A stretch of 64,000 nt of DNA. Origin: Octopus bimaculoides (taxonomy: Eukaryota). Below, in pieces: positions 1 to 13,289 of the stretch (its first letter is position 1; the number at the start of each line of letters is the position of its first letter). The notes beneath the pieces are model-generated. The model was not told where the DNA came from. It saw nothing but the letters and a program-made list of their open reading frames with translations, and ran no database searches. The position numbers and the translations under genes were made by a program. The DNA lies in assembly GCF_001194135.2 (NCBI RefSeq), contig NC_068981.1, positions 100,365,318 through 100,429,317 of the forward strand, read 5' to 3'.

Positions 1-1000
1 AGCACTTATAAATGGACTTGATATAAACATTCAGCTCACGATGGAATATAACCATCAACAACTTCCCTTTCTTGATATCCTCATGAAGAAATCTAACAAT
101 GTAATAGAAACAGATATATACTATAAGCCCACGGATTCCAAGCAATATCTACCATTCAACTCATGCCACCCCAGACACACCAGAATGAATATCCCCTTCA
201 ACCTAGCAAAAAGGTTTTGTACTATAGTTTCTAATGCAAGCACCAGGGACATATGACTACATGAACTAAAGGATGCACTCATCACCAGGAACTACCCACC
301 TTCACTAATTGACATATGCTTTCAATGTGCCCTACAACTCAACATCCATGAACTCAGACATCCCAAATTAAAGAAGGATTTACAACCAAAAGCCCTACCA
401 TACATTTCCACACACAACCCTCTTAACAATGAAGCTTTCGACACCATCCTTCAAAACATTCTCCTGCTAAAAAAGGACCACAGAATGGACTTAATCCTCC
501 AAACACGCACCATTATAAAAAGCAAGAGACAGCCCAAATCTATGAAAAGTCTTCTAACACAAGCCTGAATACACTCAACAACACTGAAGCTGTCAGTAAA
601 AAAATGCAGAAGACCCAACTGTGGGATATACGTCAATTTAACTGAGGGACAACGTTTCACAGTGAAAAGCAGCTTCACATGTGTTTCGGAGAACCTGATA
701 TATGCACTAACCTGCTCTGGGTGTCAAGAGCAATACATAGACCAAACAAAAAACAGTCTACGTCAAAGGATGGCTCAGCACAGATCCCAGATCAAAATTC
801 CCCAAAACAGAAAAATAGCATTTAGCCAACACATTGACATTTGCATCAATAACAAAGATCCAAGCTTCAGAATTTTCCCCCTCTATTAATTCAGCAACGA
901 TACAACCTGTAGCCAACGAATTAGTAAAGAGTCTTTCTTTATCACAAAATACAGACCCTTTTGAACGCATTTTCAAGAAATGACATATCCACCATAACCT
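1..1000 (+). mobile_element. Penelope-like retroelement, 3' part of ORF (RT C-terminus/thumb plus GIY-YIG endonuclease), pseudogenised
   Basis: ORF 41-256 reads LPFLDIL...TDIYYKPTDSKQYLPFNSCHPRHTRMNIPF (PLE RT end and thumb motif). ORF 662-889 reads FTCVSENLIYALTCSGCQEQYIDQTKNSLRQRMAQH (GIY-YIG-like with CxxC). In-frame stops lie between them. Confidence 0.9.
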
Positions 1001-1380
1001 TAGAATAACACACATGCAAATATTAAAAATGATACATTCAAAAGAGATACCCAAGAATTCATTAAAAACAATCCCATTTTTAGGTCACTTCACCATTTGA
1101 CATCCTATTACTATCATACCACTCTTGAATTCTTTTATTATTCTTTCTCTTCTTCACCTTCTCCTTCTTCTTTGTCTTCTTCCTCTCTGTCACATCCTTC
1201 CTTACTTTACTACTACTGCTGCTTAGAATAACACCCACACAAATATTAAAAACAATACATTCAAAAGAGATATCTCAAGAATTCAATCACTACTACTATC
1301 CACAACAAGTTACTTTCAGGACATTTGAACATTTAACATCCTACTACTATCATACCACTCCTACATTCCTACACTCCTAC
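998..1380 (+). repeat. Imperfect tandem duplication at the 3' end of the PLE (pLTR-like)
   Basis: CTTAGAATAACAC...AAATATTAAAAA..ATACATTCAAAAGAGATA..CAAGAATTCA occurs at about 1000-1062 and again at about 1222-1285. The motif ACATCCTA(T/C)TACTATCATACCACTC is also repeated. Confidence 0.7.
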
Positions 1381-1719
1381 ACCAGGCTTTGAGAGAATGT
1401 GAAATGACTTTTTGGAAGAGTGGATCTTGAAGCAAATAAAACTATAAACACACACACATACACACACACACACACACACACAGACACACACACACACAAA
1501 CACGGCTTTTGTACAGTTTCTGTCAACAAAATTTCACTATGACATTAATCAACTATGGCAGAAGACACTTACCAAAATGCCATGCCACACAGAAGGAGAA
1601 AACCCAAAACAACATAGCTGTGAAGGATATTTCTTTACTTGACACCAATATTTCTTTACTAGAAGGATATTTTTTTACTAGACCCAATAGTCTTTCTTGT
1701 TTCAATTTCAGATAACTAG

Positions 1720-1800
1720 GTGAACCAGAACTTGTAGAATTAAGTATCCCACCAAGAGAACCAGAAAGAAATGTTTTCCATGAGTATGAACACACAAACC
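1720..1800 (+). CDS. Candidate penultimate coding exon of an upstream + strand gene (xEPELVELSIPPREPERNVFHEYEHTN), product unknown
   Basis: Pyrimidine tract followed by ...ataactag acceptor (1718-19), then an 81-nt stop-free exon of phase 1-1, then a C|GTATGT donor at 1801. Confidence 0.45.
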
Positions 1801-1961
1801 GTATGTTTATATTTCAATATCATATCCATCAAGACCAGTTTAGAGACAATTGTAAATATTCTTTACAAAGAAGTCAAAATATTCATTTTTTTTTTCTTGT
1901 AATTAAAATATCAACCTAAGTAAAATACTTTTTGTATAAAACCAACTCTTTTTCCTTTCAG

Positions 1962-1975
1962 ATACAGAAAATTAA
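1962..1975 (+). CDS. Candidate terminal coding exon (HTEN-stop)
   Basis: Strong acceptor ctctttttcctttcag. The phase matches the previous candidate exon (C+AT=His), followed by ACA GAA AAT TAA. Confidence 0.35.
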
Positions 1976-2034
1976 CATGAAACAACCTCACCAACTCACC
2001 CACCATCAGCAACTCTCCTCTTTCTTTCAAGTAG

Positions 2035-3330
2035 AAAACCTTAGAGCTGCTACAATCAAAATCGGTATAAAGAAAAGAAGGCCTGGAGAATTTGTGGAGA
2101 TACTACAGCATATATGAATAGATGTGTGTCCTGTAAAAGAGTTAAGATGGAAGGGAGCCTCAACTAAGCACCTTATAGGCAAGACTCATAAATAGAAATT
2201 CTACTGGGTGGGCAGTAGTGTTGAGATGGGAAGTAAGCATATTGTTAGCAGAAAACAGATGAAGTAACTGAGGTAATCAGAACAATTAAGCTTAAACAAA
2301 TAACAGGCAACTCAACAGCTACAGTAATCTCTGAATATGCGTTTTAATTATGATTTATAAATGAGCAACAGAACCATTTTTATGAGGACCTCTCACAGTC
2401 TACATCGATAACAAATGACAGCAAACTAGTAACCATAAGCCAAGGCCTTTAATGGACATCTTGCACAACATTGATGGCCACTTTAGTGTACAAGGAGGCT
2501 ATGGATAGGGTACAACAAATAAAAGAGGATTAAGGTATTTGGAATTCTTACAACACAAACAACATAATCATTTGCAACACTAACTTTAGAAAACTGGTTA
2601 ACCACTACATCGTCTAGCAATCAGATGAACACACACACACACAGACCAGATAGACCTTATGCTCACCATCAAACAGGACAAACAGATGGTTGGAATATTA
2701 AGCCATTCATTGGAGAAAGATGTATAACTCAGTATAGACAAATGGATAGTGTCATCACAGTAAGAGCTAAATGTACACAGAGACACAAGACAATTTGGAG
2801 AAAGAAAGAATGACAGCTGAAACATCCTTCAGATAAACTAAGACTCAGAGATGCTGTCATCAAGGTGAGAGTTAGCAATGAGTTTAACAAAGAATTTATC
2901 ATGTGGGTTTATATCAGGGTGTGGTTCTCAGCATCTCCAGTTTATTTCAATATTCAATGTCATAACAAAGGAGTTTAAGTCTGGTTGTCTGTAAGAACTT
3001 GTGTATGTTGTACAGCTAGTTCACATAACTATTGAGGAATTACAGAAGAAATTGTAAATATAGCAGCAGAACCTAGAAGTGACAGATCTTAAAGTGAACT
3101 TAGCAATGACAAAAGTTTTAGCTGGCAGAGAAGAATACAAGCCCCTACTACCATGAGAAGTGGTTATGTTTGATATGCAGAAAAGAAGTAGGCAAAAATA
3201 TTTCATGGTGCACAATGTAAACTGTCAAAGCACAAGAGATGAAGCAGAATTGCAGTTGAGTTGAGAGAAGAAATACTTCTATAGCAGACACATGCATGCA
3301 TGTTAATTTTCCCATTGTTATGTGTGGTAC
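2035..3330 (+). mobile_element. Degenerate, internally deleted RTE-type LINE (APE endonuclease and RT remnants)
   Basis: LRAATIKIG..KRRPGEFVEIL...IDVCPVKELRWKG resembles the RTE APE N-terminus. 2900-3020 is a decayed version of VGLHQGSVLSPLLF...EEFKSGCPWELLYADDL. Many stops. Confidence 0.8.
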
Positions 3331-4139
3331 TTTAATCATAAATTTTTTGGTCTGTGAGCTATTTTCTTGGCACATTAAGCAGAACACACTATCACTTTTG
3401 ATAAACACCATCTTGTGTGTTATTTTAGTCTCTCAGGAATTAGGAGTCAGTTGAACCAAATTTTCACTCAGAACCAAACTGTCACATTCTTTTAATTAGT
3501 GATTCCACTCATAACTAGGAAAGTCTGTCTCTCACTTTTGGTTTTTATTCTAGGAGCAACCATGGCCTTTTGTCTCTCTCCTTTCATTCTCTCTTGCTAG
3601 CAGTTAACTTTTATCTTGGTCTCAACTCAGCAGAATCATTTCTACCAATTTAAATACACATACAATTGACTGTTTTTTCTCTTTTCTGATGGCCTTTTAT
3701 TTGCTTGTGCATATTTGACACCACAACACATTATTCTATTAACTTTGTAAAACAAGGAGATGTAATATGTGCATCTCTACAACGTATTGTCCAAATGATT
3801 TCAGAAAGTAGACAAATAATTACTTACATTCCTACATACATAGTTATGAAAATTGATTTCATAAACTAAAATCAGAAATTTTCTATGCCTAAAATCTTTT
3901 ATTTTAATCTGTATTCTCAAACCAGACACTGTGTAATTATCACATTATTTTATGAACAAGATCAGAAGAAAGCTTCTATTTATTTAGAAAATGAAAGGAA
4001 AAATTACATATAACTAATTATTGTTGTTATATCTACAAGATCTTTTCTTTAATTTCATAAACTTCATATGTAGCAAATCTGTAGTATGTAAGTAATTAGT
4101 AGTAAAAGTATCTATGAAATAAATTATTTCAAATGCTCA

Positions 4140-4286
4140 GAGGGCTCCTTAGCAACAGTTGATAACTTCTGCTACCTTGGTAACTTGGTCAGCAGCAGAA
4201 AGGAGTGTTTCAAAAGCATAACAGCCAGAATAAGAATAGATTGAAAGAAAGTTCAGTAAGCTTATTACCTCTACTAGCAACAAAGG

Positions 4287-4290
<4 letters not shown>
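4140..4290 (+). mobile_element. RTE-type LINE RT C-terminal fragment
   Basis: Translates as SLATVDNFCYLGNLVSS...CFKSITARIRI (the F.YLG motif), followed by (CT)n. Confidence 0.7.
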
Positions 4291-4377
<87 letters not shown>

Positions 4378-4406
4378 CTTCTCTCTATCTATCTATCTCT
4401 CTCAAT
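4289..4406. repeat. Microsatellites: (CT)n here; many other (CA)n, (TA)n, (GA)n, (GAT)n and (GGT)n tracts throughout (e.g. 12500-12590, 21150-21370, 31823-31908, 32925-33055, 48880-49290, 58500-58940, 60980-61260)
   Basis: Directly visible simple repeats. Confidence 0.98.
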
Positions 4407-4419
4407 GAGAGGCAGATTA

Positions 4420-4612
4420 TATCTTTTCTACTCTAGGCACAAGGCCTGAAATTTTGGGGGAGGGGGCCAGTCGATTAGATCAACTCCAGTATGCAACTGG
4501 TACTTAATTTATCAACCCTGAAAGGATGAAAGGCAAAGTCAACCTCGGCAAAGTTTGAACTCAGAACGTAAAGACAGATGAAATATCACTAAGCATTTCG
4601 CCTGGTGTGAAA
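4420..4612 (-). mobile_element. tRNA-derived SINE family B (central domain GCCTTTCATCCTTTCGGGGTCGATAAA). Other copies at about 11840-11960(+), 16310-16510(+), 17525-17735(-), 17750-17965(-), 19570-19750(-), 28860-28990(-)
   Basis: At least seven mutually similar copies, with a B-box-like GTTCAAATTCC in the sense orientation. The central domain recalls MetaSINE-type cores (from memory; needs alignment). Confidence 0.75.
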
Positions 4613-4638
4613 CATGTATGCTATGTCAAGCTCCATAC

Positions 4639-4722
4639 ATTTATCTGCATTTGATGGAGCCAAATCTATCGCTAGAAATGGTGACAATGCTGGAAAATGG
4701 ACATTTGAGTTTGTGACAAATC
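4639..4722 (-). CDS. Weak candidate internal exon (xFVTNSNVHFPALSPFLAIDLAPSNADK)
   Basis: Acceptor ttgctttattatgtcag, 84-nt open exon of phase 1-1, donor T|GTATGG. No homology recognised. Confidence 0.22.
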
Positions 4723-5796
4723 CTGACATAATAAAGCAAAATGGATTTCAATGTTGAAATCAGCATGCCAAAATTACTAAGAAACATGTCTCCGATACTA
4801 GAGAACAAAACCTATGTTCCCCTGTGTTATATAATATATGATACAATAAATGAATTGAGTTTCATCAAATGGAAGAAAGCTAATCTCAGTGGTAGTTAGA
4901 ATGGAAAGACAGAGAAAAGTAAAGCAAAATCTTGGGGTAGATCAGTCTCCTCCAGCTATCAATGTTGTACAAAAGGAGTAAAAAATAAAAGTGATACAGA
5001 AAGGAGAGAAAATTAGAAGAGAAGCAGATGGTGAAAGAAAAAGAGAAGGAAAGGACTGATACACTTATATTGCTAACTACACAAAACAAAGATACATGAA
5101 GTATTAATAGCATGTATTAAAATTGCTCTAAGTTCCCATCAATTCTGATTGCCAAAGAAATGAGGTTATTAATGATAATTATAAGTAATCCTAACATGGA
5201 CTGAAGAAAATAAATCCTAATGATATATGTTGGAATATCTCTCCAGAAAAATCACTACTGTTATTTTCTCTTGTAATCTCTAATTACAATAATTTATGAC
5301 TGGCAGTACCCATGGAAATTCCACAGTTATTTTGAAAGCCATAAAATGGCTGGAAGTTTATAAAGAACCACAAAATATATAATCTCTTTTGAAATTGTAT
5401 TTTGTTTGAAAAATTTGATTCTTCGAAGGGCATCCAACTGTAGAAACCATTTCAAATCAGATTGGAACGTAGTGCAGCTCCCCAGCTTAGCAATTTTCAG
5501 TCAAACCATCCAACCCATACCAGCAAGGAAAACGGGTGTTAAATGATGATGATGAGAAGGTCTAAAAGTCCACATAGGTTGTAGGAAGTACTGAATGTAC
5601 TATCGTAGGGGACAACATCTCTGGAAGCTGGAGACTTCCTGATACACTTGTCATCTATTCTAACTTGTGAGTTGTTATTTATTATTTTTCACTTTAAATC
5701 AAGAAGGAAACAATCTCAACTATGGTCAAAAACCAAAGACATAATCTATGTTCAGTATTATTCTGCCATTGAACAACTATCTTTCTATTCTTTTAT

Positions 5797-6028
5797 TTTT
5801 TTTACTTGTTTCAGTCAGTTGATTGTGGCCATGCTGGAGCACTGCCTTAAAGGGTATTTTAGTCAGAGTATTCGACCCCAGGACTTATTCTCCGTAAGCC
5901 ATACTTATTCTATCAGCCTCTTTTGCTGAACCACTAAGTTACAGAGACATAAACACCCCAACATCAGTTGTCAAGTGATGGGAGCAGACACAAAGATATA
6001 AATATATATGTACACACACACATATATC

Positions 6029-6084
<56 letters not shown>

Positions 6085-6238
6085 CAACAGGCTTCTTTCA
6101 GTTTCCATCTACCAAATCTATCCACAAGACTTTGGTCAGCCCATGGCTACAGTAGAAGATACTTGCCCAAGGCGCCATGCAGTGGGACTGAACCCAGAAC
6201 CATGTGGTTGGGAAGCAAGTTTCTTACCACACAGCCTG
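5797..6238 (-). mobile_element. tRNA-derived SINE family A with internal (TA)n
   Basis: Reverse complement of the full-length copy at 36313-36710. Confidence 0.85.
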
Positions 6239-7420
6239 TTACATACTTATCTTGATATCTGAGAAAAGTTCATTTGATCAAACTTTACTCCATGGTCCCA
6301 ATGAGAAGTAGCAGCTAAACTGAGATGAACAGTTCACGAAACAACATATCAATAATTAGGTGCGGATTATGCATGATTAACCCTTTAGCATTTAATCCAG
6401 GCATATCTGGCCCCTGTTATATGTTAAAACTGACCATATCCAACCTCCCATACTTACACTACAATGTCATTCTAAAACTTTATAAACACACCACTGATAT
6501 CTTGAAGCTACAAAATAATAGGTGATGATTTCAAAACAATGTAAATATACAAGCAATACATTTGACAAAGAAATCTGAATGCTAAAGTGTTCAAAGTTCC
6601 CTTTACAACCAAATGATTCTTGATTCAGTTCCACTGCATTGCACTTTCGGCAAAAGTCTTCTAGCGTAGACTTGAATCGGTTACTGCCTCGAGTGAAATT
6701 TATTTTGAAAGAAACAGTATAGAGGCATATTGTGCATGGACACACACACACACACACACACACTTTATGTATATATATATATATACACATATACACATAA
6801 TCTCAGTGTGTGAGTGTGCAGGTGAGTGCAATTGTGAGTCTACAGTTGTAAGTGTGCAGGTCTGTGTGTGTGTGTGTGTGTTGTGCTTAAAACCAATGGT
6901 GTAGCTATGCCATAACATAGCAGTTTGACAAATATACGCTGATAAAATAAAATAAGTCCCATACTTTAAATAATTGCTGGAGTTGATATGCTTGTCTCAA
7001 TGGTTAAAGACAGTGCCACAGCATAGCTGCAGTCTAATAATCAGTAAAAGACTAAATGAATAAAAATATATAAATATACTTAATTCAATTTATTTATTTA
7101 TATTGGCATAGTTGAACACATTTCCCTTCTTATGACAAAAAAATTATTTTACATATCAAGATACAATTTGACTGAAATAAGTAAGATAAAAGATATATTC
7201 ATAAATTTATATATAATTTATATATAAATCATATCGCAAATTATATAGCTTTAAGTACAGCATTAGACCATTTTAGCTCTTAATTCTTACAATGTAGGTG
7301 TTTTAATACCCTAGTCATATTTAGTGACAATTATAGTTTTCCTTTTTGATAACACATTGCATATGGCTATCAATATTAATTTTTTGTATGTGTGTGTGTA
7401 CATACACACACACACAAACA

Positions 7421-8533
7421 CACACATGACAGAAGTAAATAGACATCCTTATAATCATTAAAGCAATGTTACCGATCAGATGATGAATATTCTCTTGGGG
7501 AATTTCTTGCCAAGTTTCATGCAGTAATCTCAAAAGATCAGGCTTTGCGAATGCTTTCTTGTTCTTTTTATGAAGTGTCCTATTCATTATGCTCCAGAGG
7601 TGTTCTATAGGGTTCATATCTGGTGACTGGCTTGGCCATGCCATTCTTTTCCAACCAATCTTGGGTCCTTTTAGCCATGTGACAAGGAGCCCCATCTTCC
7701 ATAAACAAAGTATCTTCTTTAATCATTTCACCATTGGAGAAGATCAGAAGGAGTCCTTTCTGCAATATGGACACATATTTATCTGAGTTTATGTTTCCAT
7801 AACACTCCACCAGCTCTGATTAACCATTGCTCCAAATTGCTCCCCAGACAATCACAGAATAGCTGCCTTGTTTCATTGTTTCATTTTCAGGTCAAATTCT
7901 TCATCACAGGGTCACCAGACCCACACTCAACCACTGTCAGAAAATACAGCAAATCTGGACTCATCGGAGAATATGACAGTGTCCCAAAATGCTAGTGGCC
8001 ACCCCATCATCTCATTAGCCCAATCTTTTGTCCACTTGATATTTGTTGGTTAAAGAAGTGGCTTCCTTCTTGCTGCTCTGCCACAGTAGCCAAGTTTGTG
8101 GAGATACCTGACAGCTGTTCTGAGACTGGCATCAACTTGTTCTGCTATGTCAGAGGGCTTGCAATGAGGGTTATTCTCTACACCTCCCTTAACAAAGCAA
8201 TGGGTCCTCTCAGAGGGTTCTGTTTGACCCGGGCAAGGTGATGTGAACTCTTTTCTTTCTCTGGTGAATTGCACAATCACCTTGTTAAATGTAAAAAGAG
8301 GGATCCCAAGGTTTTCTACGATTTTATGGTAAGTCCACTTTCAGATTGACACGCAATATAGCCTCTTTGAAATTTGGACAGTTCCAAGGCTTATTTTGTA
8401 CGTGACATGATTAAATAGTCACATATAGAACTTGAAACATAAAAATGTCCATTAATAAAAGATATAAAACTTTGCAAGTTAAAATAAACATAGAACGATG
8501 TTATGGCATGTCTATTTACTTATGTCATGTGTG
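7421..8533 (-). mobile_element. Tc1-family DNA transposon fossil with 26-bp TIRs
   Basis: Minus-strand fragments read GRAARRKPLL, NSDKY..ILQ...FMEDGAPCH and WPSQSPDMNPIEHLW. TIR CACACATGACAGAAGTAAATAGACAT (7421-7446) matches the reverse complement of 8508-8533 at 25/26 positions. Confidence 0.92.
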
Positions 8534-8565
8534 TGTATATACACACACATATATAAATATACATA

Positions 8566-8599
<34 letters not shown>

Positions 8600-8661
8600 T
8601 ATACACACTCATACATACACATGCATATTTATACATATAACATTGCATGTGCATATATATG

Positions 8662-8692
<31 letters not shown>

Positions 8693-9191
8693 AATTGTGT
8701 CTGCATATACATGTCTGTTGCTATTTCTTGGGTCAATGAACTCATTGTCATTGACAGCTTCATGTGAAAAACATCCAGTTTTGATCATTGGTAAAAGGAA
8801 ATAAGGACTAGTATCAGAAAGAGCAAACATGGAAAAATGGACTAAAAAGAAAGAAAAAGATGAGAGCATATTCTTAATATAAACAGATGTTATGTGAATG
8901 ATAATATTTTGAAAACAAAAGAGTTTAATATTTAATATCACGTGTGAGTGTGAAACTGATAAACTAAATACAATTTATGATAAAAGTTTGCAACTTTATT
9001 TTGATCAAAATACCAGCGACTTCAGAGTAAAACCTTTTACTACAGTTTGCTTGGATTTAGCATCTCTGACTACCACTCACTCCACTCTGTTTGCTTTTTT
9101 CGTCTTCCTCCACCTACATGACTGACAGGACACACATTGTGTTTTATTAACATTTACATATGTATATTAATGTACACATATGCTGACTTAA

Positions 9192-9582
9192 GTGGAGGCG
9201 CAATGGCCCAGTGGTTAGGGCAGCGGACTCGCGATCATAGGATCGCGGTTTCGTTTCCCAGACCGGGCGTTGTGAGTGTTTATTGAGCAAAAACACCTAA
9301 AGCTCCACAAGGCTCTGGCAGGGGATGGTGGCGAACCCTGCTGTTCTCTTTCACCACAACTTTCTCTCACTCTTAATTCCTGTTTCTGATGTTCTTGTAA
9401 TTCAAACGCTCAGCCTTGTCACACTGTGTCATGCTGAATATCCCCGAGAACTACGTTAAGGGTACACGTCTCTGTGGAGTGCTCAGCCACTTGCATGTTA
9501 ATTTCACGAGCAGGCTGATTCGTTGATCGGATCAACTGGAACACTCGACGTCGTAAGCGACGGAGTGCCAACAACAACAACA
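9192..9582 (+). mobile_element. Young full-length tRNA-derived SINE (family D) with 12-bp TSD
   Basis: A-box-like TGGCCCAGTGG, B-box-like GGTTTCGTTTCC and a (CAA)n tail. TSD ATGCTGACTTAA at 9180-9191 and 9583-9594. CpGs are retained. Confidence 0.92.
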
Positions 9583-9890
9583 ATGCTGACTTAAACACAT
9601 ACTAATATAAAAAAATATATATACATACACAGACACAAAAGATCTTAGCATTTTTACCATTCATGTAGTAAAATCATGATTTTATATACTAAGATACGAT
9701 TCAAATGCATTTCAAACAAATACACAGAAAGGACCACAGAGAGAGGGGGTAAGAAAATGTGATGGCTGAAGGTGTGATGATGTCACAAACTTTACCACAT
9801 TTTGATATTCTTCTTTGTTCCTTTCTATCTTTATGTTTAAATTTTCATTCCCTTCACTTTCACCCTCTCTCCCCCCTCTCTCTCTCTCAC

Positions 9891-9927
<37 letters not shown>

Positions 9928-12900
9928 CTCCCTCTTTCTGAATCTTTCTCTATTAAAGTTATTACCCTTAGCATTATGCAAAAGGTAGGTAGGTAAGTAC
10001 TTACTATTGTAAATAATTGTGATAATTATGAATGATAATTTCTAATAATCAAGAGAAAAAATTCTGAAACAAAAAGAAAAAGAAATAATGAAACTGCAAA
10101 GACAGTTTTTCAGAGAATATTTCCTAATCAGGGAGTCTATTGCATCTATTTTCATCGGTAATTTCATTTTATCTTTGTCTTTCATTTTGCAGCAACCACA
10201 AGACATGCAACTGAAGACAGCTGAGACCTAACACATGTGTAACAGTACATTAAGTTTAGAAGTATATCACAGTTGAGAGGCTTGAAATCGATTTTTGTAG
10301 GAAATAACTTGTTATTAGACATACAATTTCAGGTAACATTTTAGACATTTAGTAATATATTTTCTTCCCTTTTCTTGCTGCTACCTGAAATGATGCACGC
10401 ATATGCACCACATCTTAAGGAATACATTTTATAAATGAGCATGTATTACAATGTTTTTGTGAAATAGTGAAATACTGCAATGATCGAGTGATGCTAGCAT
10501 TGAGGAACTGATGTTGAAATGTTGATGAGGGAGAGGGGGAGATAATGGTTATAGAGGGGGGTGAGGAGGATGATAATCATCATGATGACAATGATGAATA
10601 TGATGATGATGATGATGATGGAAATGACAACAACAATGCTGAACAGCAATGATGATGGTGAGAAGGAGGAAGAGGAGGAGAAGAAGATGAGGTGGTTGAT
10701 GCATTAGTTTCTTTTTCAAGTAATTTGGCTACAGAGCAATGACCAAAGAGTATTGTTAATAATAAGACATCGTTCTAGTGTACAATGAAAGGAATATATG
10801 AAGTAAATTCCATTTTCTGTTGTTAATGCAGTCTTTGAACTCTGAGATATTGAAGATTTAATATACGAATAATAATTACATTCTAAAATAATCATTTCTT
10901 TGACATGCATTCAAAGTCCATAATGGCTGGACAATACATGCAGAAAGAGAGGGAGAGAGAGACTCAACCTTCTAGAAATAGCAGCCAAACCTTCCAGAAA
11001 ATAAAATGATACATTTAATACTGTAGTCCTGGTTACAGCATCATCATCATCTAGAAGTTACTGTCTCATATCTTTGGACTCATAAAGCTGGTTACCCTAT
11101 TCCCATGACATATAAGGGATTGAGATTCACTACATTTCCCTGAATGAGATGCCAATCACTTTCAAGGTAACTCATTTACAACTGAGCAGACTGGAGCAAT
11201 GTGAAATGAAGTGTTTTTACTCAAAAACACTAAGTACCACCCAGTCCAGGATTCAAACCCATGATCTTGTGAGCATGAAAGCAACATCCTAATCACAAAT
11301 AGTACACACCTTCACTGGTTATACTATTTTGAAAAAAATCTATTATAATAAATGTGAAAACTAATTTCTGTGTGTCAGTGTGTCACAATTCAATGACGCT
11401 CCAACTATTCCTCATGATAGGGTGAGAGTAATAGTGATACTACATTTGAAATATCACTTTCCTGTTTGTATCATATGATACACATTCAACGCTTCTCAAA
11501 AACAAATGTTTGTTTATATACACACATGGTTGTTATACACACACACACATATATACAAAGATCTTCCACATTGTTTCCATCAACTGAGTTCATTCTCAAG
11601 GTATTGTTTGGCTTGGAGCTATAGTAGAAGACATTTACCCAAGGTGCTATGCAGTGGGGTTGAACCCAAATCTACATGGTTGCAAAGTGAGCTTCTTACC
11701 ATGCCTACACTTAACTAAAAGGTTTGTGGGTATCAGTAGGATTTTAAGTATGACTAGTTGGACACAGGCCATAATATTAATGTGCTAGGGAACAAAATGT
11801 ACAGTTGTCAGTTCAGATGTTGGTAGAGCAAAAGAGATCAACAGAATATAGTACCAGACTTAAAAAATAAGTACTGGGGTCAATTTTTTCAACTGAACCA
11901 TTCAAAGTAGTGCCCCAGCATGACCACAATCCAATAACTGAAATAAGTAGAAGATAAAAGGTAAAATATTATTCATATGCATAGGACCATGTCAGCCACA
12001 AAACCATAAACATTCTAAAGAGTGTCCCACTTGAGTTTTAATTTTACAGAGAATAAATCAATAAAAGATTTTGATTGAATGGCTTTAATTTCCAGTGTAA
12101 GTACCATGCTATATTGCCATATTTATTACACTCATCATTGATAATTTTGTCATTTCCTCTTATAAGTCTTCTCCAATCATCTTCTTATGAATTGATATGA
12201 CATGTCTTTTAATTTACGAGCAAATTTCTATTTCAGTTGATAAGTCCATCAAAGATTGGTAAATGTTCAACTACTATTGTACAATGAAAGGAAATTTGAA
12301 TTCTGTGATGAAATTAAAGAGATAAATGTTGATACTGGCATCATAGATTTAGAACCAAGCTATTGATATCACATTGTAGTTTGGCTTCATCACTGGGAAA
12401 GACTGACTAAAAGATCGATGTGGATTTAGAAAATGGGTAAGTAAATATCATGAGAATGTTGTGATGGTGCAATAGGAAAGTAGAGGTAATGATGAAGGTA
12501 TGATGTTGACAATGATGATGGTGGTGGTGGTGGTGGTGGGGCTGGTGGTGATGATGGAGCAGGTGGTGGAGGTAGCAGTGGTAATGGTGCTGGAGTAAAT
12601 TTACCCTCACTTCCAGGAGAAAATTTTGGCAATCTAGAGTGTAAATTTCACTTACCTGAGGGGTAACTATATTTACTGATTCTAAATATTTTATTTTTCA
12701 AGTATAATTTTTAAAAATCTGAAGTTCAAAACATATTTTGAAGTAGGCCTGTTTTATGAAAAAATATGAATTTATTTTTTTCTATCACTTTGGATTTAAT
12801 GGTTTGTATTATATAGTTTAATAACTGTGTTATTGCTAATGGAATCATCTAAATCAGAAGACTTTGTTTGGTTCTGGCATCTGTTCATCTTTAGTTCACA

Positions 12901-13289
12901 AATAAGTGGAACAACATTGTTATGTGCTAGCTTTATTGTTATTGTCATGTGAATTTAAGAATGTTTAAAAGATGTATTTTGAATTCCTTCTTCTTTGTTG
13001 GTTGATTTATTATAGTAAAAAGTGTAAACTCAATTCACTGAACTAAACAAAGTTGAGGTAAATTTATTTTTAAAATGTTACCAAAGGGTAAACAGAATGG
13101 AAAAGTTTGAGAACTCCTGAAATAAAAATTTCAACAGGTAAAAAAAAATTAGAGCTTTCACTTGTAATGAGTTTGTAGGTTTTTATTTATGTATTAAGTT
13201 GTGTAGAGTGAAGGTTTATACACAGTGTCTTGAAGTTGGACAGAAGTGAATTGCTGTGTTTCTCATTACCATAAAACACACATTACTAT

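Noticed and set aside
1380-1415. Possible hammerhead relic after the first PLE (CCAGG...GAAA..TT-TTTGG)
   Set aside because: The CUGANGA core is not recognisable and too many changes are required.
9192-9270. tRNA-like sequences at SINE heads (also about 22290-22364, 24030-24100, 36315-36380)
   Set aside because: They are SINE 5' domains without a complete cloverleaf and are continuous with SINE bodies, so they are not tRNA genes.
9974-10230. Minus-strand frame VSAVFSCMSCGCCKMKDKDK... and a GTAAGT donor near 10000; similar weak exon candidates at about 3828-3865, 10716-10880 and 22490-22555
   Set aside because: Splice signals and open frames do not line up consistently. They cannot be supported without transcript data.
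12426-12632. Poly-proline ORF resembling a formin FH1 or extensin segment
   Set aside because: It derives from a (GGT)n/(GAT)n simple repeat common in this genome, and has no supported splice context. The nearby CAG|GTAAGT at about 12650 lies upstream and defines at most a 26-nt unsupported exon.
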